A DNA stretch of 64,000 bases, taken from the NCBI GenBank assembly GCA_046563655.1, contig CM102285.1, positions 806,001 through 870,000 of the forward strand, written 5' to 3'. The notes under the pieces were generated by a model that was not told the DNA's origin, did no database searches, and saw nothing but the letters and a program-made list of their open reading frames with translations. This document shows positions 1 through 12,705 of this stretch, in pieces (position 1 is the stretch's first letter; each line of letters opens with the position of its first letter). Made by a program: the position numbers and the translations under genes. This DNA comes from Yuukianura sp. NJ FZ-2021. Lineage: Eukaryota.

Positions 1-802
1 TGACTACTAACATTTTAAGAATGAATGTTAACTGTTAATTAAGTTAAGTAGTTAATTAAGGTATAGTTAATTTGCATGTTTAGTCAAACTTAAAACTTAT
101 GTTTTAAAAAACTTGGAAAAATGAATCATGAATGATGGAATTCAGCAATTTGGTGCTAAAAATGACAATTCGTTTTACAAGTAGCGAAATTCTGGGATGA
201 AGTTTTTCAAAAAAAATATTTTTGCGGAAATTGAAATTTAGTAGTCAATAAGAAAAAAAAATTCTATTTTGTTGTTTCAGCACAGGAAATATTTTATTTT
301 AAATCAGAAGATGTGATATATGGAGATATATTAAAATCATTAACCTAACCTTCTTGTTCAAAATTTTCCAAGTTCAAAATTCTGGGTGTTCAAAATTTTG
401 AAAATCCTCATACATTAGGATGGTCAAAGTTCAAAGTTGTTTGGAACTTGACAGACTTTAACACTTTGCAAAAATTCAGTTTTTGTGGTGCACTTGAACT
501 CGCGAGTGACCTCTAATTCTGCAACTCCCTTAAATTGCAAATATGGCTTGCATTTTTACAAACTATTTAGTGTGACATGCTTAACCTTAATGTTTTGGAA
601 TTTATGATTTTGAAGATAAGCAGCTTATTCCACTCTGGCTATAGAATTTGAACTGAAAAGTTCAGTTGACAAGAGACCTATGAGCCTATGACCCCTTGCA
701 GAACAATCGACTAAGGTTTACATTCAACGGTCATCAGTTTTTGAAAACCAATGGTTTTGTAGAAGCATGTTGACCGTTAAGACACTTTTGGATGTGAGAT
801 AT

Positions 803-1066
803 TAGGGAGTTTGCGTTATAAATAATTTATAGAATTTATAGAAAGTATAGAATCTATGACGTCACTTTTCAAACTTTTGGGTTTTACAAAATTTATAAAC
901 ACGGAACATAAATTCCATAAATGAGAAAAGTTTGGAAAGTGACCTCACGTATTTGAAATAAACCAATCACGGGAGCCGTAACAAAGCGGGTTCCTGGGGG
1001 CGGGGCTTACTAAATTCTATAATTTCTATAAATTCTATAAATGATTTGCAACGCAAAAACTCCCTA
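803..1066. mobile_element. MITE with terminal inverted repeats
   Basis: TA-GGGAGTTTGCGTT...AACGCAAAAACTCCC-TA termini; inverted subterminal TTTATAGAA/TTCTATAAA repeats; no ORF. Confidence 0.7.
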
Positions 1067-1135
1067 TTCTGGTCCAATTTCTTAGGCATAGATTAACGTA
1101 ACTTTTGTTCCAGAATTGGACACCTTAGTTTCTTG

Positions 1136-1612
1136 TTATGGAAAATGCACGTAAACGTTACCGTGGTTCGAAATTGCAAATTGAAGTTCCCCTCCGACGT
1201 AATCGTAATCTCCCGTTTCTTCATTTCTTTGATAAAATTCGCCGGACAAATTGAATAAAACGTCGGTAATACGTTTCAGAGTACTAGGAGATCCCACGAA
1301 TGTTAAGTTTCCGTTGAACAACGGCTCATGATCTAAAACATCAACAAAACAACATAGAAAACAATTAGTTTAATACACATAAATACGTACAAATTCGCAC
1401 ATCATTTTTATGCGGGATGTAAATTTACAAACATACGACTCCGTAGTGATGGTTTTTTCCTTACATGAATCTTCTTCGATCAAACGGAAATCAGTCCCGT
1501 CACCGGATTTTGTGTCTTCCAAAACAATCTCAAGGTTCTCCTGCTCATGGACTTTGTCATTGCCATCCAGGTTTGATACCAGAGAATCAACAGAAAAGAA
1601 ATGCTTCCCCAT
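1136..1612 (-). CDS. Small unknown beta-rich protein, copy 1 (~114 aa; exons 1612-1465, 1332-1136)
   Basis: Phase-1 GTAAG/TTTTAG intron joins the two ORFs in frame; paralogs at 6.9, 13.8 and 18.2 kb with a similar exon structure and G(N)LxF...FxxxGxFYxRNxxTGxxxYVxGxLxF motif. Confidence 0.75.
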
Positions 1613-2839
1613 TTCTATAAATAATTTCAGTTCACTTTAGTAGAGTTAGTACAGTTAATTGTTGTAACTTGAAGGTGTCTGCACGACTGGACGGTCGAAG
1701 TTCAAATGATCGAAAATTGACTTGTGACGTGGATGGATGCGTTGACTTGGGAGAATAAAAGATTTCTGATTGGTCCAAAAAATTTACCCTTGAACTTAAC
1801 GAACTTTAGCTGCTGGAAAAAAACTGAAATTTATTTAGTAAACCGTGTGGATGTCACTGACGTGACTTTTTAGGAATGTCTGATTTGCCGTAAAATGAAA
1901 AACTTTTTCAGAGAACTGCTACAATCTTCGTAAACAACTCATTCATAGATGCAAGTGACTTTTGGAAATTTTATCAAAAAATGCTAATTCCCTATTTCAC
2001 TCACATCTCAACGACAGTTATGAATCTTCCAATGTTCCAATTTTATTACCGTTCCAATTTTGTATGAGTTTCGCTTTCGATGTTAATTCGGATGCAATAA
2101 ATTGCATTTAGCAGATTCCTAGGTTATGGCACTTGCTCTAATCCTACAAAATACAAAGATTTTAAGCTAAGGAGCAAAGCATTCCCAGAAAAACAAAAGA
2201 TTTAAATTTGTGCATCCCTGTTGTTCAAAATTTAGTTTCTTTTTAAATAGTTTTACCTCAAAAGCTGAATAAGCCTAAATTCTCAAAAGTTTATTTACGT
2301 TGCTTTCTAAATATGAACAAAGGTGAAGGTCTTGGTCCAAGCTTTTTGTAACTTCAATAGTATTTTCAACCAGAGTAAAGTAAATTTTGAAACAAAGTAA
2401 GTTTTTAAAGGGATTTGCAAAGTACACCACTTTCAGAGAAAAAGAAACTTTTGAACTTTGGCTTCTGTTTTAAAAAGAAACGAAATTTTTTAAACACTCT
2501 CTACTGCGCATGTGCGGAGCTTTTCTGATTATCGAGCAGAGCACTTTTTTTTATAGATCCTTTTTCCGTAAATTGGATGCCGAAAATTGTACATGCTTTA
2601 TTTTTACTGTTAATTAAAATCTACGACAATGTTTAATCAACTTACAAAAATAAAACCAATATACATTAGGTTGTACACGTTTGCACTTAAGTTATAAAGT
2701 GAGGAATTGGAGAAATTGGATTTTGGTGGTATAAAAAAAGTTATTCCGCGCAAGCATAAAACGTTTTTTCCCACAATTTGATTTTCAAAAACTTTTGAAA
2801 AAAAAAGTTGTTTTCCAACATTTTTTTTTGCACATAAAC

Positions 2840-4307
2840 ATGTTTAATTCTAAAATTCGAAAAGCAATTGGATTAACAATGTGGTCCACTTGCTATTTCA
2901 AATTTTGTCCATATCGCTGGGATCGTAAGAACTACCGGTTCAAAAAAGCCAATAAGCGTCACCTGCTCCTTCACAATACCGTTTTGTTTTTCGAAATTTT
3001 AGTAACAATTTTTACTTTTTGTCGATTTTTTCAAATGATTGGAAATTCCGAACCCCGCCCGTTTATCATGGCATCCATTTATGTCATTGCAAGGACAATG
3101 GAAATGCTCTGTTACTTGCAGTATCATGTCAGGAGAGATGAAATCATGATATTTGCAACTTGTGTCTTTGCTTACATCAATGAAGCAAAATGAAGTAAGT
3201 TCTAAAATTTTGAAATTGAAAAATTTCGTTTTCAAAAACTTACATTTCAAAACTTACAGAAGAAAACTCACAGAAACTGTCTTTGAAGCGCGAAAATTTT
3301 GTGTGGGATTTTACCGCCTTCACGGTTTCCATCAGTTCTGTCCTCGTGTACATCAATCCACCAATGCATGGTGAGCAGTTCCAGGTCATTTGCGCGAAAA
3401 CACTAAACGCGAATACAATACATGCGAAAAAATAAGCCCGAATTCGTTGGCAACATATATCCTACCTGACAACATAACCTAACCTAACCTAACCTAACCT
3501 ATTGCAACTAAACGAAGCCCCTTTTAAAAACACTAACATACATCCCATTAAAGTTCAGTTGCACTGTTGCCAGTTTAATTCTGCTTATTTTCGCGATAAT
3601 GACCGGCTACGGTTTGTGCAAATAATTAATGTATTTAATTATAATTAAATGTATTATATTATTTAAATGTTAGCGCTTTTGCTTGTGAACACTCCTTGTG
3701 TTCCACACTTCCTGAGTTGAATTATTTTGGACTGCAAACATCACATGGACCACTCACAGCCTTTGCTTCACAAAATTCCGCTGATCATTCTTGAAAATTT
3801 CTTGGTCATGAGCATGCTCCAAACAATTACGTTCAACTGGACTTTGATTTTCATTGGTTCAGCATGGGTCAAAGACATTTTGAAAGATGTGAAGTAAGTT
3901 TTTCAAAAAAAAAAGTAAGTTCAAAATCATATTTTCAAATTTCATCTTTGCACAGGGCAGGCCACAAGCGTTGGCACTGAACGTCCGTGACCTGAATCGC
4001 GCTAAATTTCGAAAAGCTCAGACAATCGTTCGTCATATGAACGAAGCATTTCGAATTTACTTGGCTACTTCACCATCACTGATCTTAGCTGTCCTGGTGT
4101 TGCTGATTTTTTCAACCATAAGATTTTCTGAAGTGGATGTAACCTCATACCTAATGTATCCAGCATGTACTGCTCGTTGTTTCTTTGAATCTTACAGCTT
4201 GCTAGCATGGGCAGGGCATGTCAACACGGTACACTTTTGAAAGTACAATCATCCTCACGACTTTGCATAACTGCTCAGAATCTATTTTCAACGTACGTAT
4301 TGTCTAA
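2840..4307 (+). pseudogene. Gustatory-receptor-like 7TM gene family A, pseudogene
   Basis: Close paralog of 20489-22060 but with TGA at 3191-3193, TGA at 3718-3720 and a >100 nt deletion in the last exon near 4229. Confidence 0.8.
3377..3610. mobile_element. MITE in GR intron 2, containing (CCTAA)n
   Basis: Imperfect TIRs CCAGGTCATT..GCGAAAA / TTTTCGCG..AATGACCGGCTAC; same insertion at 21037-21240; absent from paralogous introns at 16217 and 25175. Confidence 0.6.
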
Positions 4308-4515
4308 AGTAACCAAGTTTGACTAAAAAAACGAATCAGTAATTATGAAAAATATAGCAACAAATTATAGTTAATGCGGAGATACAGACGCACAAAGCGA
4401 CAAGGATGACCTTCGGATAACCTTCGCAAGCGTATCCAGACAGTCGCTCTAGAAAATTGTAATAAAATTTCATCACGTGGCAAGCGATGATTAAAAAAAA
4501 GTCAAACTACTTTGT

Positions 4516-4793
4516 TCAAAAAGTTGCAACTGTAACTGTACAGAGCATCGGCACCAGCTCAGTTACATTTAACATTATCGAGACGTCGACAGCTATGGCC
4601 AGTAGTACAATGCTAATCAGCCCCAGAGCGTAATTCACGCCGCGACGTGCTTTACACACTCGCCCTCTTCGCGCGTAAATTTCTGCTGCTTTTGGGTCCA
4701 CTGTGAATGGAGACATTCCAAAGCGGGTTGCGATTCCCATTAAATTTGCCATCTTGAAATTATAGGTCGACTGTAAAGTTGCTGTGGCGCCAT
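4516..4793 (-). pseudogene. GR-like family B, truncated 5' fragment
   Basis: MAPQQLYSRP...MGIATRFG matches exon 1 of 10760-12705, but is frameshifted and breaks off after ~80 codons. Confidence 0.75.
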
Positions 4794-5111
4794 GTTAGGT
4801 TAACCTAACTAACATGTTAGGTTAACCTAACCATGTTAGCATAACATAACTAACCTGTGTAGAGCAACCTACAGAACGCTAAAGATGCACCTACCTTGAA
4901 AAAGCTTCTAGAAAAAGATGATTTTTTTATAAATAACGAAACTGTTCATTTCCTGAGTAAAATTTCAAAAAACCTTTCCTATGCCTCTTTTCCTAATACT
5001 CTATTCAACTTTTGGCACTCATTACAAAACAGGAAGTCAATTTAAAAAAAAACTAATTTAGATAACCTTGACCTTGCGCCTTCCAAAAAAAGTAAGTCGG
5101 CAATAGTAATA

Positions 5112-5306
5112 ACCAGACATGCCAAAAATATTTACCAAACACCAGCGAAATATTTAAATAACTATAATATTTACTCAAAAAGCTCGAAATATTTTCGACC
5201 TAAACACTAAGGGCACGGGTAAACAAATAAATATTTAGTAACAAGATCCGAAATTTATTTTTTAACATTACAGGCATGGGAAGTAAATATTTGTGGCATG
5301 TCTGGT
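5112..5306. mobile_element. MITE
   Basis: TIRs ACCAGACATGCCA.AAATATTTA / TAAATATTTGTGGCATGTCTGGT; absent from the paralogous site near 17070. Confidence 0.65.
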
Positions 5307-6003
5307 AGTAGCAATAGTAGTAGGAATAGAAAGTAAGTTCGGCTAAGTATCAAAAGCTACTTTATGATTTGGTGTAGTCTGTCTGTCTGAATGTCCATCC
5401 ATGAAATAGCTTTTTACTGCATAATTTTGACTTTGATATATAATTTTCGCATACATTAATGAGTAGAGTTTATTGAACCTGAACTTCGCAATGGTAAGTT
5501 GGGCTAAATTAGTCCATCGTGAAGTGCGTTCATCTAGTTTTTCTTGCTCCACTTCTTCCATGAAGTCCTGTACTTGGTTTTCTTTTCTAAACAATTTGAT
5601 TTCGAGTTTAATCATTTTAGAATGCAAAGTATGGCAAATTAAATAGTGTCACTGCGTTATCGTTAGAAGAAAGAATTTGTAAAATGAATAAGAAAGTTTT
5701 AGTTTCATAAGAAAAACCGTGCATATGTTAGTGCGAATGTATAAAAAAGAAATAAAGTTTACCAATTTTAAGTTGATGACATGCAAGATCGGTCGCCGAC
5801 AAGCTAAAGTCCTCTCAAAACTGTCTCCTGTAACTTGTAATTATAATAAAATTTGCTAAGCATCTGAAATACGGAAATCCTGTGTTTGTACGTTCACCAG
5901 TAAACTGTACGCAATTACAAAAATAAAGCCACGCTATCAATACTAAACCTTCTCATGCCAAATTTCCCCCTAACAGTGTGAAAAGCGTAATTAAAGTATT
6001 ATA

Positions 6004-6714
6004 CAGGGTGTGACACGTAAAAGTAAACGCTGGATTTTTTTTTTGCATGTTTGCTGGAATTAAGGGGCGAAAACTGTAGCAAATGTTACTAAAACTAAAA
6101 AAGTAACACTTTGCAAAATTCTGAAATAAAAAGTTTTATCGTATATTTGGTACGATTTCTACCAAGGCAACTAAACAAAAAGACACACGGGCTTTCTAAG
6201 GTAGTCTCACGAGCCGTTTTTTAATTGTTTTTTGCGAAAGTATATAGTGGGGTGGTATCCAAGGCGATAAATTCGTGCTAAAGTTGGTTGAGGTAACGAT
6301 ATGTGTTACTTGTAACCAGTGTTCAATATTTGGCACAAAATTAACTAATTTGCAATTGAGTTGTAATGAATTCTTAGCAACAACTATAAGGGTTAAACTT
6401 TTTCTTCCATTTTCCAATCCAAAAAACCGATATAAACTTCATGTTTGATGAGTGGTTACACTGGTTGGTTACAGTGGATGAATTTACTTTGTACTCCAAC
6501 CGAAGGAAACCGTTTGCACAGAAACGTTAAAAGCAAACAATCCACCCCACTATATACTTTCGCAAAAAAACTGAAAAAAACCGTGAGACTACCTTAGAAA
6601 GGCGTTGTGTCTTTATGTTTAGTTGCCTTGATTTCTACCACATTGTTTACAGTTTTAGGTCAAGTTGCCCGTAACAACAAATTTTAGGCCTTTACTTTTA
6701 CATGCCACACTCTG
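6004..6714. mobile_element. Tc1/mariner-type MITE (TA-flanked) carrying a nested element
   Basis: TA|CAGGGTGTGACACGTAAAAGTAAA...TTTACTTTTACATGCCACACTCTG|TA; uninterrupted paralog at 17774-18011. Confidence 0.75.
6163..6630. mobile_element. hAT-like non-autonomous element, 8-bp TSD ATTTCTAC
   Basis: TIRs CAAGGCAACTAAAC...GTTTAGTTGCCTTG; TSD at 6155-6162 and 6631-6638; empty site in the paralog near 17928. Confidence 0.8.
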
Positions 6715-6858
6715 TATGTGTCGGTCACTAACCATAGTTGGAAACTGTCGCACTCTAATCCAGTAATCCACAGTGTTCAGGAATCCTGGAACCACTAAAA
6801 ATAAATAGGAAGTTCTAAGCTTTTTTTTTCAAAAGATTGATGTAATTCTACAAATTAA

Positions 6859-7553
6859 TTACGTAAAAATTATATAAAAAAAATTATAAGTATGATTATA
6901 AAGTATGTAAAAATTACCCCAGTCTATGAGAGTGAATTGTAGTTTACCAGAGACATAATCGTAATTTCCTGTCTCGATGTTTCGATGGTAAAACTCTCCG
7001 TTCAATTCGAAAACAGTGTTTGTGATATGCGTCATAGTACAAGCGGAGTTCAAAAACGTGAGATTTCCATACATCAATGGATTTCGGTCTATAACAACCA
7101 CAATAGAAATAACAGCAAATAAGTACATTTAATGCAAGGTTGGTAAACAACATTTCCTACGCCAGGTTGTTCAATAACTCGAAGTTTTTAATTTTTTTCA
7201 AGTAATTTGCATGACTAGCTTCGCCGTGCCCCTCTATGGTAATGATATGGAATTGGCGCCAAAAGTTGTTTTCACTAAAAATTTCTATAACTTGGACTTA
7301 TTTAACAACCTGTTGTAGAAAACACAGTTGGTTGTCAAGGAACCTTGCGTGACTCGATATACTGTTTATGAAAAGATTTTAAATTTACAACCTTACAATT
7401 TTTAACTGGATTAGCATATTGTTCATGTAGAATCCGAAAGGTGATCCCATCATTTCTATCTCCATCCAATTGAAATGTGAGATGTGGCTCGTGTGTGGTG
7501 AAGACGTTATTAACGTTTGATTTGAAAGAAACCATTGAAGTCATGTACTTCAT
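6859..7553 (-). CDS. Small unknown beta-rich protein, copy 2 (exons ~7553-7397, 7088-6859)
   Basis: Paralog of copy 4; the donor used by the other copies is lost, but an in-phase GTAAG donor exists at 7396; intron holds a degenerate MITE. Confidence 0.55.
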
Positions 7554-8061
7554 CACTTGGCTTGTATAATCAATTCGATTTCAAAGTGTACAGTAAATGG
7601 TTTTGAATGAATTGTGTCTAAACTTTAGATATCTTAATTGTTCTAAACCACCAGAATGTAAAGATTTTTAGCTTCGGAGCAAAGCATTCCAAGAACAACA
7701 AAAGATTTTCTAATTTTGTTCGACCCTTTCGCTTAAAATTTATTTTTTAAAAATAGTTTTACCCCAAAAGCTGCATGAGCTTCAATTCTCGAAAGTTGAT
7801 TTACGTTGCTTTCTAAATAAGTTTAAAGTTGGAGGCGTCAAGAATGTTCAACCAAAGTAAATTCTGAAACAAAAGGAATTTTTAAAGAAATTTGCAAATT
7901 AGATCGATTTCAGAGAAAAAAAAATGTTTGAATTTTTTGAAGAATTTTTAGACTCAGTAAATTCTGAAACAAAGGAAGTTTTTCCAAGGATTTGCAAAAA
8001 AAAGTGTTTGTTTTTCATTTTCTCAAAACAACCACAAGCGACACTTACCATTGAACTGTCT

Positions 8062-9641
8062 AAAGGAGATGGCCCAAAGTCCATAAGAAAGTTGTCCCGC
8101 TGGTATTCGATTGAAATTTTTACAAGTTGTTAGGGTCAATACTGGGGTCACGTGCAAATTTTCAGATCCCTAGAAACGATAGGTCACGGGTGACCGCAAT
8201 CTTCTTTGACAACGAAAATTTGTTGTTTTGTTGGTTTTTCGTTAACAGGTTGGGTACTACCTCGCTTGTTGACAAAAATAAACGAAAAAAAAAATTATAG
8301 TTTAATTTTTAATGTTTGACCCTTTGTTGATTGCAATTCAAAGGCGTTGCTAATGGCAATTTTGATAATCGAACACAAATGCACGGAACCAACCACACCG
8401 CTTTCTATTCTCATAATACCACAATTTTTCTTCGTAGAAAAAGGTTAAAAGTGATTTGTCTTCCGCATCTGAATTAATCCGAAATTTTTAACCTAAAGTT
8501 CCTATTCACGTCTTATCGTTTTGCGCATTGTGTGCAAAATTCCAAAATGTCAGGGAAGCATTCCAGGCAACCTCAAAGATACCCGCTTTGGAGTTGTTCC
8601 AGATTTATAGTATTTTTTGCAATATGACCTTAACTCCACAACCACTGCTGGAGGTCAGAACATCCAAATCCAAAGAAATGTTATTTAAATGTTAGGATGA
8701 TCTCCGATCTCATAGAGTAGCTGTGGGGTCACAGACAGACTATGACTGTCACTCGTAGTTTACTGGACAAAAACTACCCCTTGGACATTCAACTTCGACA
8801 TGAATTCGTTTCCTGGCTGTTGAATCATTTACTTGAAAATTATATACAAAAATTATGAATAAAGTTACACGGCAACAAAAACTCCGACCGTTGTCTCGTG
8901 AAACTGATTTTGGCGTTTGAAAATTAAATAAACAAAGGGTCAAACATTAAAAATTAAACTATAGTACCAATTTTGGTACCAATCCAAAAAATTGATACCA
9001 ATTCGTACGCAAAATTAAAAAAAAATGTCTCCATTGCTATGACTACGATGTCCTCAAATGATAACGGAAATTTTTTGGTAGAATCGAAAAACACAAGGTA
9101 GTACCCAAACTGTTAACGAAAAACAAACAAAACAACAACTTTTCGTTGTCAAGGAACCTTGGGTGACCGGGGGTCAAAGGTCATCATGTCATCCTATGAC
9201 GACCCCATGCAAGTAGCATATGGTTGGAACGGAACGGACTTGACCTCCTGATTCAGAAAATGTACATATCTTCCTATCTACGACGTACGAGAACAAAGTT
9301 ATTGCGACTTTAATTATAAACCCCATGTCTCAATGGACCTCCATTTTCCAACTGCGACATGTAATATGCAATAACTTACGATTAGTTCTCTGACGTCAAA
9401 GACAGTCACATATATACATTTTCTGAATCAGGAGGACAAGACCTTTCCAACGATATGCTACTTGCACGGGGTCGTGATTGGATGACATCGCGACCTTTGA
9501 CCCCCAGTCGCTCGTGACCTATCGTTTCCAGGGGCCTGAAAATTTGCATATATGACCCCGCTATTAACACAAACAACTGGTAAAAATTTCATTCGAATGT
9601 CACCGGGACAACTTTCTTATGCACTTTGGGCCATCTCCTTT
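8062..9641. mobile_element. Foldback-type element with long TIRs, interrupted by a nested hAT-like element
   Basis: AAAGGAGATGGCCCAAAGT...ACTTTGGGCCATCTCCTTT; inverted similarity continues for well over 200 bp once 8197-9161 is removed. Confidence 0.75.
8197..9161. mobile_element. hAT-like non-autonomous element, 8-bp TSD GGTGACCG
   Basis: TIR family CAAGGTTCCTTGACAAC (left end degenerate); TSD at 8189-8196 and 9162-9169; relatives near 7135-7348, 18399-18626, 44230-44477 and 49801-50036. Confidence 0.75.
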
Positions 9642-10060
9642 CGGAAAAATTCTGAACTAAATACAGTTTGAACTGAATAAATTTTTAATAGGGACCTATC
9701 CTAACCTTCAAAAAAGGATTAATTTTTTTTTCAGAGGAAACTAGTACTCATAAAACAGTTGAATCCAGCTTGTCACTTATTGGATTGTAGCAATTTTCGG
9801 AAAATTGCAAATGTTTTTTTTTGCCTTTTGATTAACATTCATGAGATTGTTTAATTAACTCCCAAAAAATGAACAAAAAATAAACCTTATGTTGTACACC
9901 TTTTTACTTAATTTGCATATAGCGGAATCGGAGAAATTGGATTTTTGTGGCCTAAAAGAAATTATGCCGTCGATGCATTAAAAGCTTCTGCACAAAATTT
10001 GATTTTTAGAGAACTTTTATACAAAAAAGTTATCTCCTAACTGGTTTTTTGAAGAAAGTC

Positions 10061-10128
10061 ATGTTTAATTCCAAAATTCGAAAAGCAATTGGACTCACAA
10101 TGTGGGCCACTTGCTACTTCAAATTTTG
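10061..10128 (+). pseudogene. GR-like family A, start-codon fragment
   Basis: ATGTTTAATTCCAAAATTCGAAAAGCAATTGGA... for ~22 codons, then similarity ends abruptly; upstream region matches 15300-15490. Confidence 0.65.
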
Positions 10129-10759
10129 TTACGGTGTTTTCCTTTACCAGTTGTCTCTTTTCGCTCAAGGTGTGTTGACAACAAAAAACTTTTTCTTTAA
10201 CTGGTTAGGCAATAAGTCGATCCTTTAAGAAATCAAGAAAACAATAACAAAGCTTAAATCCAATTTAGAACCAATTCTGTATACCAGTTAAAAAAACAGT
10301 TTCGCTTTTTTTCACAGATTTTTGGAACTTTTTTAACCGTTTTGATTTTCTGGACCTTGTTTAAATTCAAATTTCAAATTCATAACAACAAAGACTGAAC
10401 CTGGATGAATTCGTCTTCGAAATTTTTTCTCAAAAAATGTAGAAGTCGAGAAGTCGAAACGTGTTAAAGTAAAAAAAAAAGTATTTCTTTGTTTATCAAC
10501 TTTGCTGTCTCCAGTTATATTTGTTTTAGAACGCTGCCGTTGTACTCAAAAAGTAAACTCATAGCGACAAAAGTTCAAAACTAGTCAAAATTTACCTACG
10601 ACATTGCGAAAATATTTGCATTTTCTAGTAAAAGTTTACATTTGTGTTAGAATTTACATCAACTACACCGTCCACTCCATAGTGTACGGCTACTACAATA
10701 TGTTCCTTTATAGTCAGCCAATTGTCTCGTTTTCTGTATATGTTATCAACACAGTTATA

Positions 10760-12705
10760 CTAGAACAGTTCTGCAACATCTCCCGATTCATTGGCCAGGA
10801 GCAACGAAATGACTGTAGATATGACAATTTCCCAGGAAGAAAGAACATATCTCTCGTCAACGAAAAATTCACCTCCAACATTGACTTTGAGCGGCTGTAG
10901 ACCCCGTAGAAAACTTCTGTTCCATCGCAGCTCTTCCTTTGCCTTGTCAGGATCGATTTGTTGGACGCGGGTTCGATTCCTGCCCTCCCCATTAACATTT
11001 CCCTTCCATGCTACAAGCATGTTAAGACTGTCAGAATAAATTTGTCCGCAACGAAATACGAGAAATGAGAAAACAAGTCCGGTATAGAAGAGACCCATGG
11101 TGTAAAGGAGCTTTTGGTACAACGGAGCATCCGTTCCTATGGCAATGTACATTAAGATCACCATGACAACGATACCGGAATTGACGACGACACGCAGAAA
11201 CGGAGCAATGAAGGGCATAATAATTTTATACATTAGCATGAGAAACTTGTAGGTATAAAGTCCAACATGTAGTTCCATAGTGCGCAGGCGTCCTTCTCTG
11301 AAAAAAAAAACAATTAAAACGTATTACACGCAATGTCTCACAACGCACAAATGCTACTCGGAAATATTGATTTCAACGCGTTTTGTGGATTGTACGAACG
11401 AACGCGCTTACTTTCAAAATAGATTACACATTCAAAATTTTGTAATCAATTACAGGGATGGATTTCGATTAACTCAGTTCTGTAATCGAAATCGAGTTTT
11501 AATCTGTAATTGTAAACTAGGTGTATTCTGTTTTAAAACTTTTTTTCCAAAAAGACTTAAAACTCGAGTTATTGCTTAACCTGTTAAAGAAAAAGTATTT
11601 CTTTGTATATCCATCTTACTTAGTTACAATGGTGTATTGGTGCATTCGGGGTTTAAAGTGTGTAATCGTTTAATCGGAAACTTGTAGAAGTGTGACTACA
11701 ATTACGATTACCAGAACCAAATTTTTGTAATCGGTTGCAACCCTCGATAGATTCAACGCTAGGACAAAAGTGATTTGTTTATCTTACTCGAGCAGTTTTA
11801 GTATTTCGGCTACGTAGAACGCATACGTTAGAGCCAATGTGCAGAGTACTGTTCCAAGTGACCCCATGAGCATGGCAAAATAGGTCAACAGCAAGCCAAC
11901 GGCGAGAGTGAAAATATTGCTAGCTTTGGTATCAAGTTCGAATACGTTTTGAATTGGAGAATGTTTGACCGTCAGTAGAGTTGAGTCCCAGAACGTAACG
12001 TAGAGCGCAAAGTATCCAGCAGGAACCAGCATGTCAAGTGCAACGTACAAAAGGGTCAAGAATTCCACCAATTTCCTCCGCCGTTGCTTTACCAGCACTC
12101 GAAATTCTGGCGACATATGTCGTTTCTGCCGTTCTGCAATTAGAAAAATGTCGTACAGTGCAGAAAAAATATAGAACCGAGTGGGACCCGAACCCACTTC
12201 TCTTGACTCTGGGAAAAGCTCTAACCATTATCCTGAGAAACCGTACAGCTAAAGCTCGAAACCATTTAAAAATTTGCAAAAACTGAAACTTAAATAAAAA
12301 ATTTGTGACAAATTTCGCACCTTGTAGCTGATCCATCATGCTGAGCAAGCCGTTCCACATCAAAGCAGTGGGCGACCTCTGGCTGTTAATGTACACGTCC
12401 GAGGATACGTGTACAACAGCAAACAATAGATTGAGCACGATGGAGCTGATGTAGATCATCGGCACCAGCTCATTTCCATTTAACATTAGCGAGACGTCCA
12501 GAGCTATCGCCAGTAGTACAATGCTAATCAGCCCCAGAACGTAATTCACGCCGCGACGTGCTGCATACATACGCCCTTTTCGCGCGTAAATTTCTGCCGC
12601 TTTGGGGTCCACCGCGAATGGAGATGTTCCAAAGCGGGTTGCGATTCCCATTAAACGACGCCAAACTGAAATTATTGGCCTACTGTAAAGTTGTTGTGGC
12701 GCCAT
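10760..12705 (-). CDS. Gustatory-receptor-like 7TM chemoreceptor family B, intact (~447 aa; exons 12705-12321, 12208-11788, 11297-10760)
   Basis: Phase-consistent GT-AG introns; multiple hydrophobic helices; GR-like C-terminus PLKVNVGGEFFVDERYVLSSWEIVISTVISLLL. Confidence 0.75.

Noticed and set aside
3476-3500. (CCTAA)n as a telomere
   Set aside because: Only about five units, internal to an intronic MITE
10964-10990. GGGTTCGATTCC resembling a tRNA T-arm / B-box
   Set aside because: No cloverleaf or A-box; it is the antisense of GR-B exon 3 codons (GRNRTRV)
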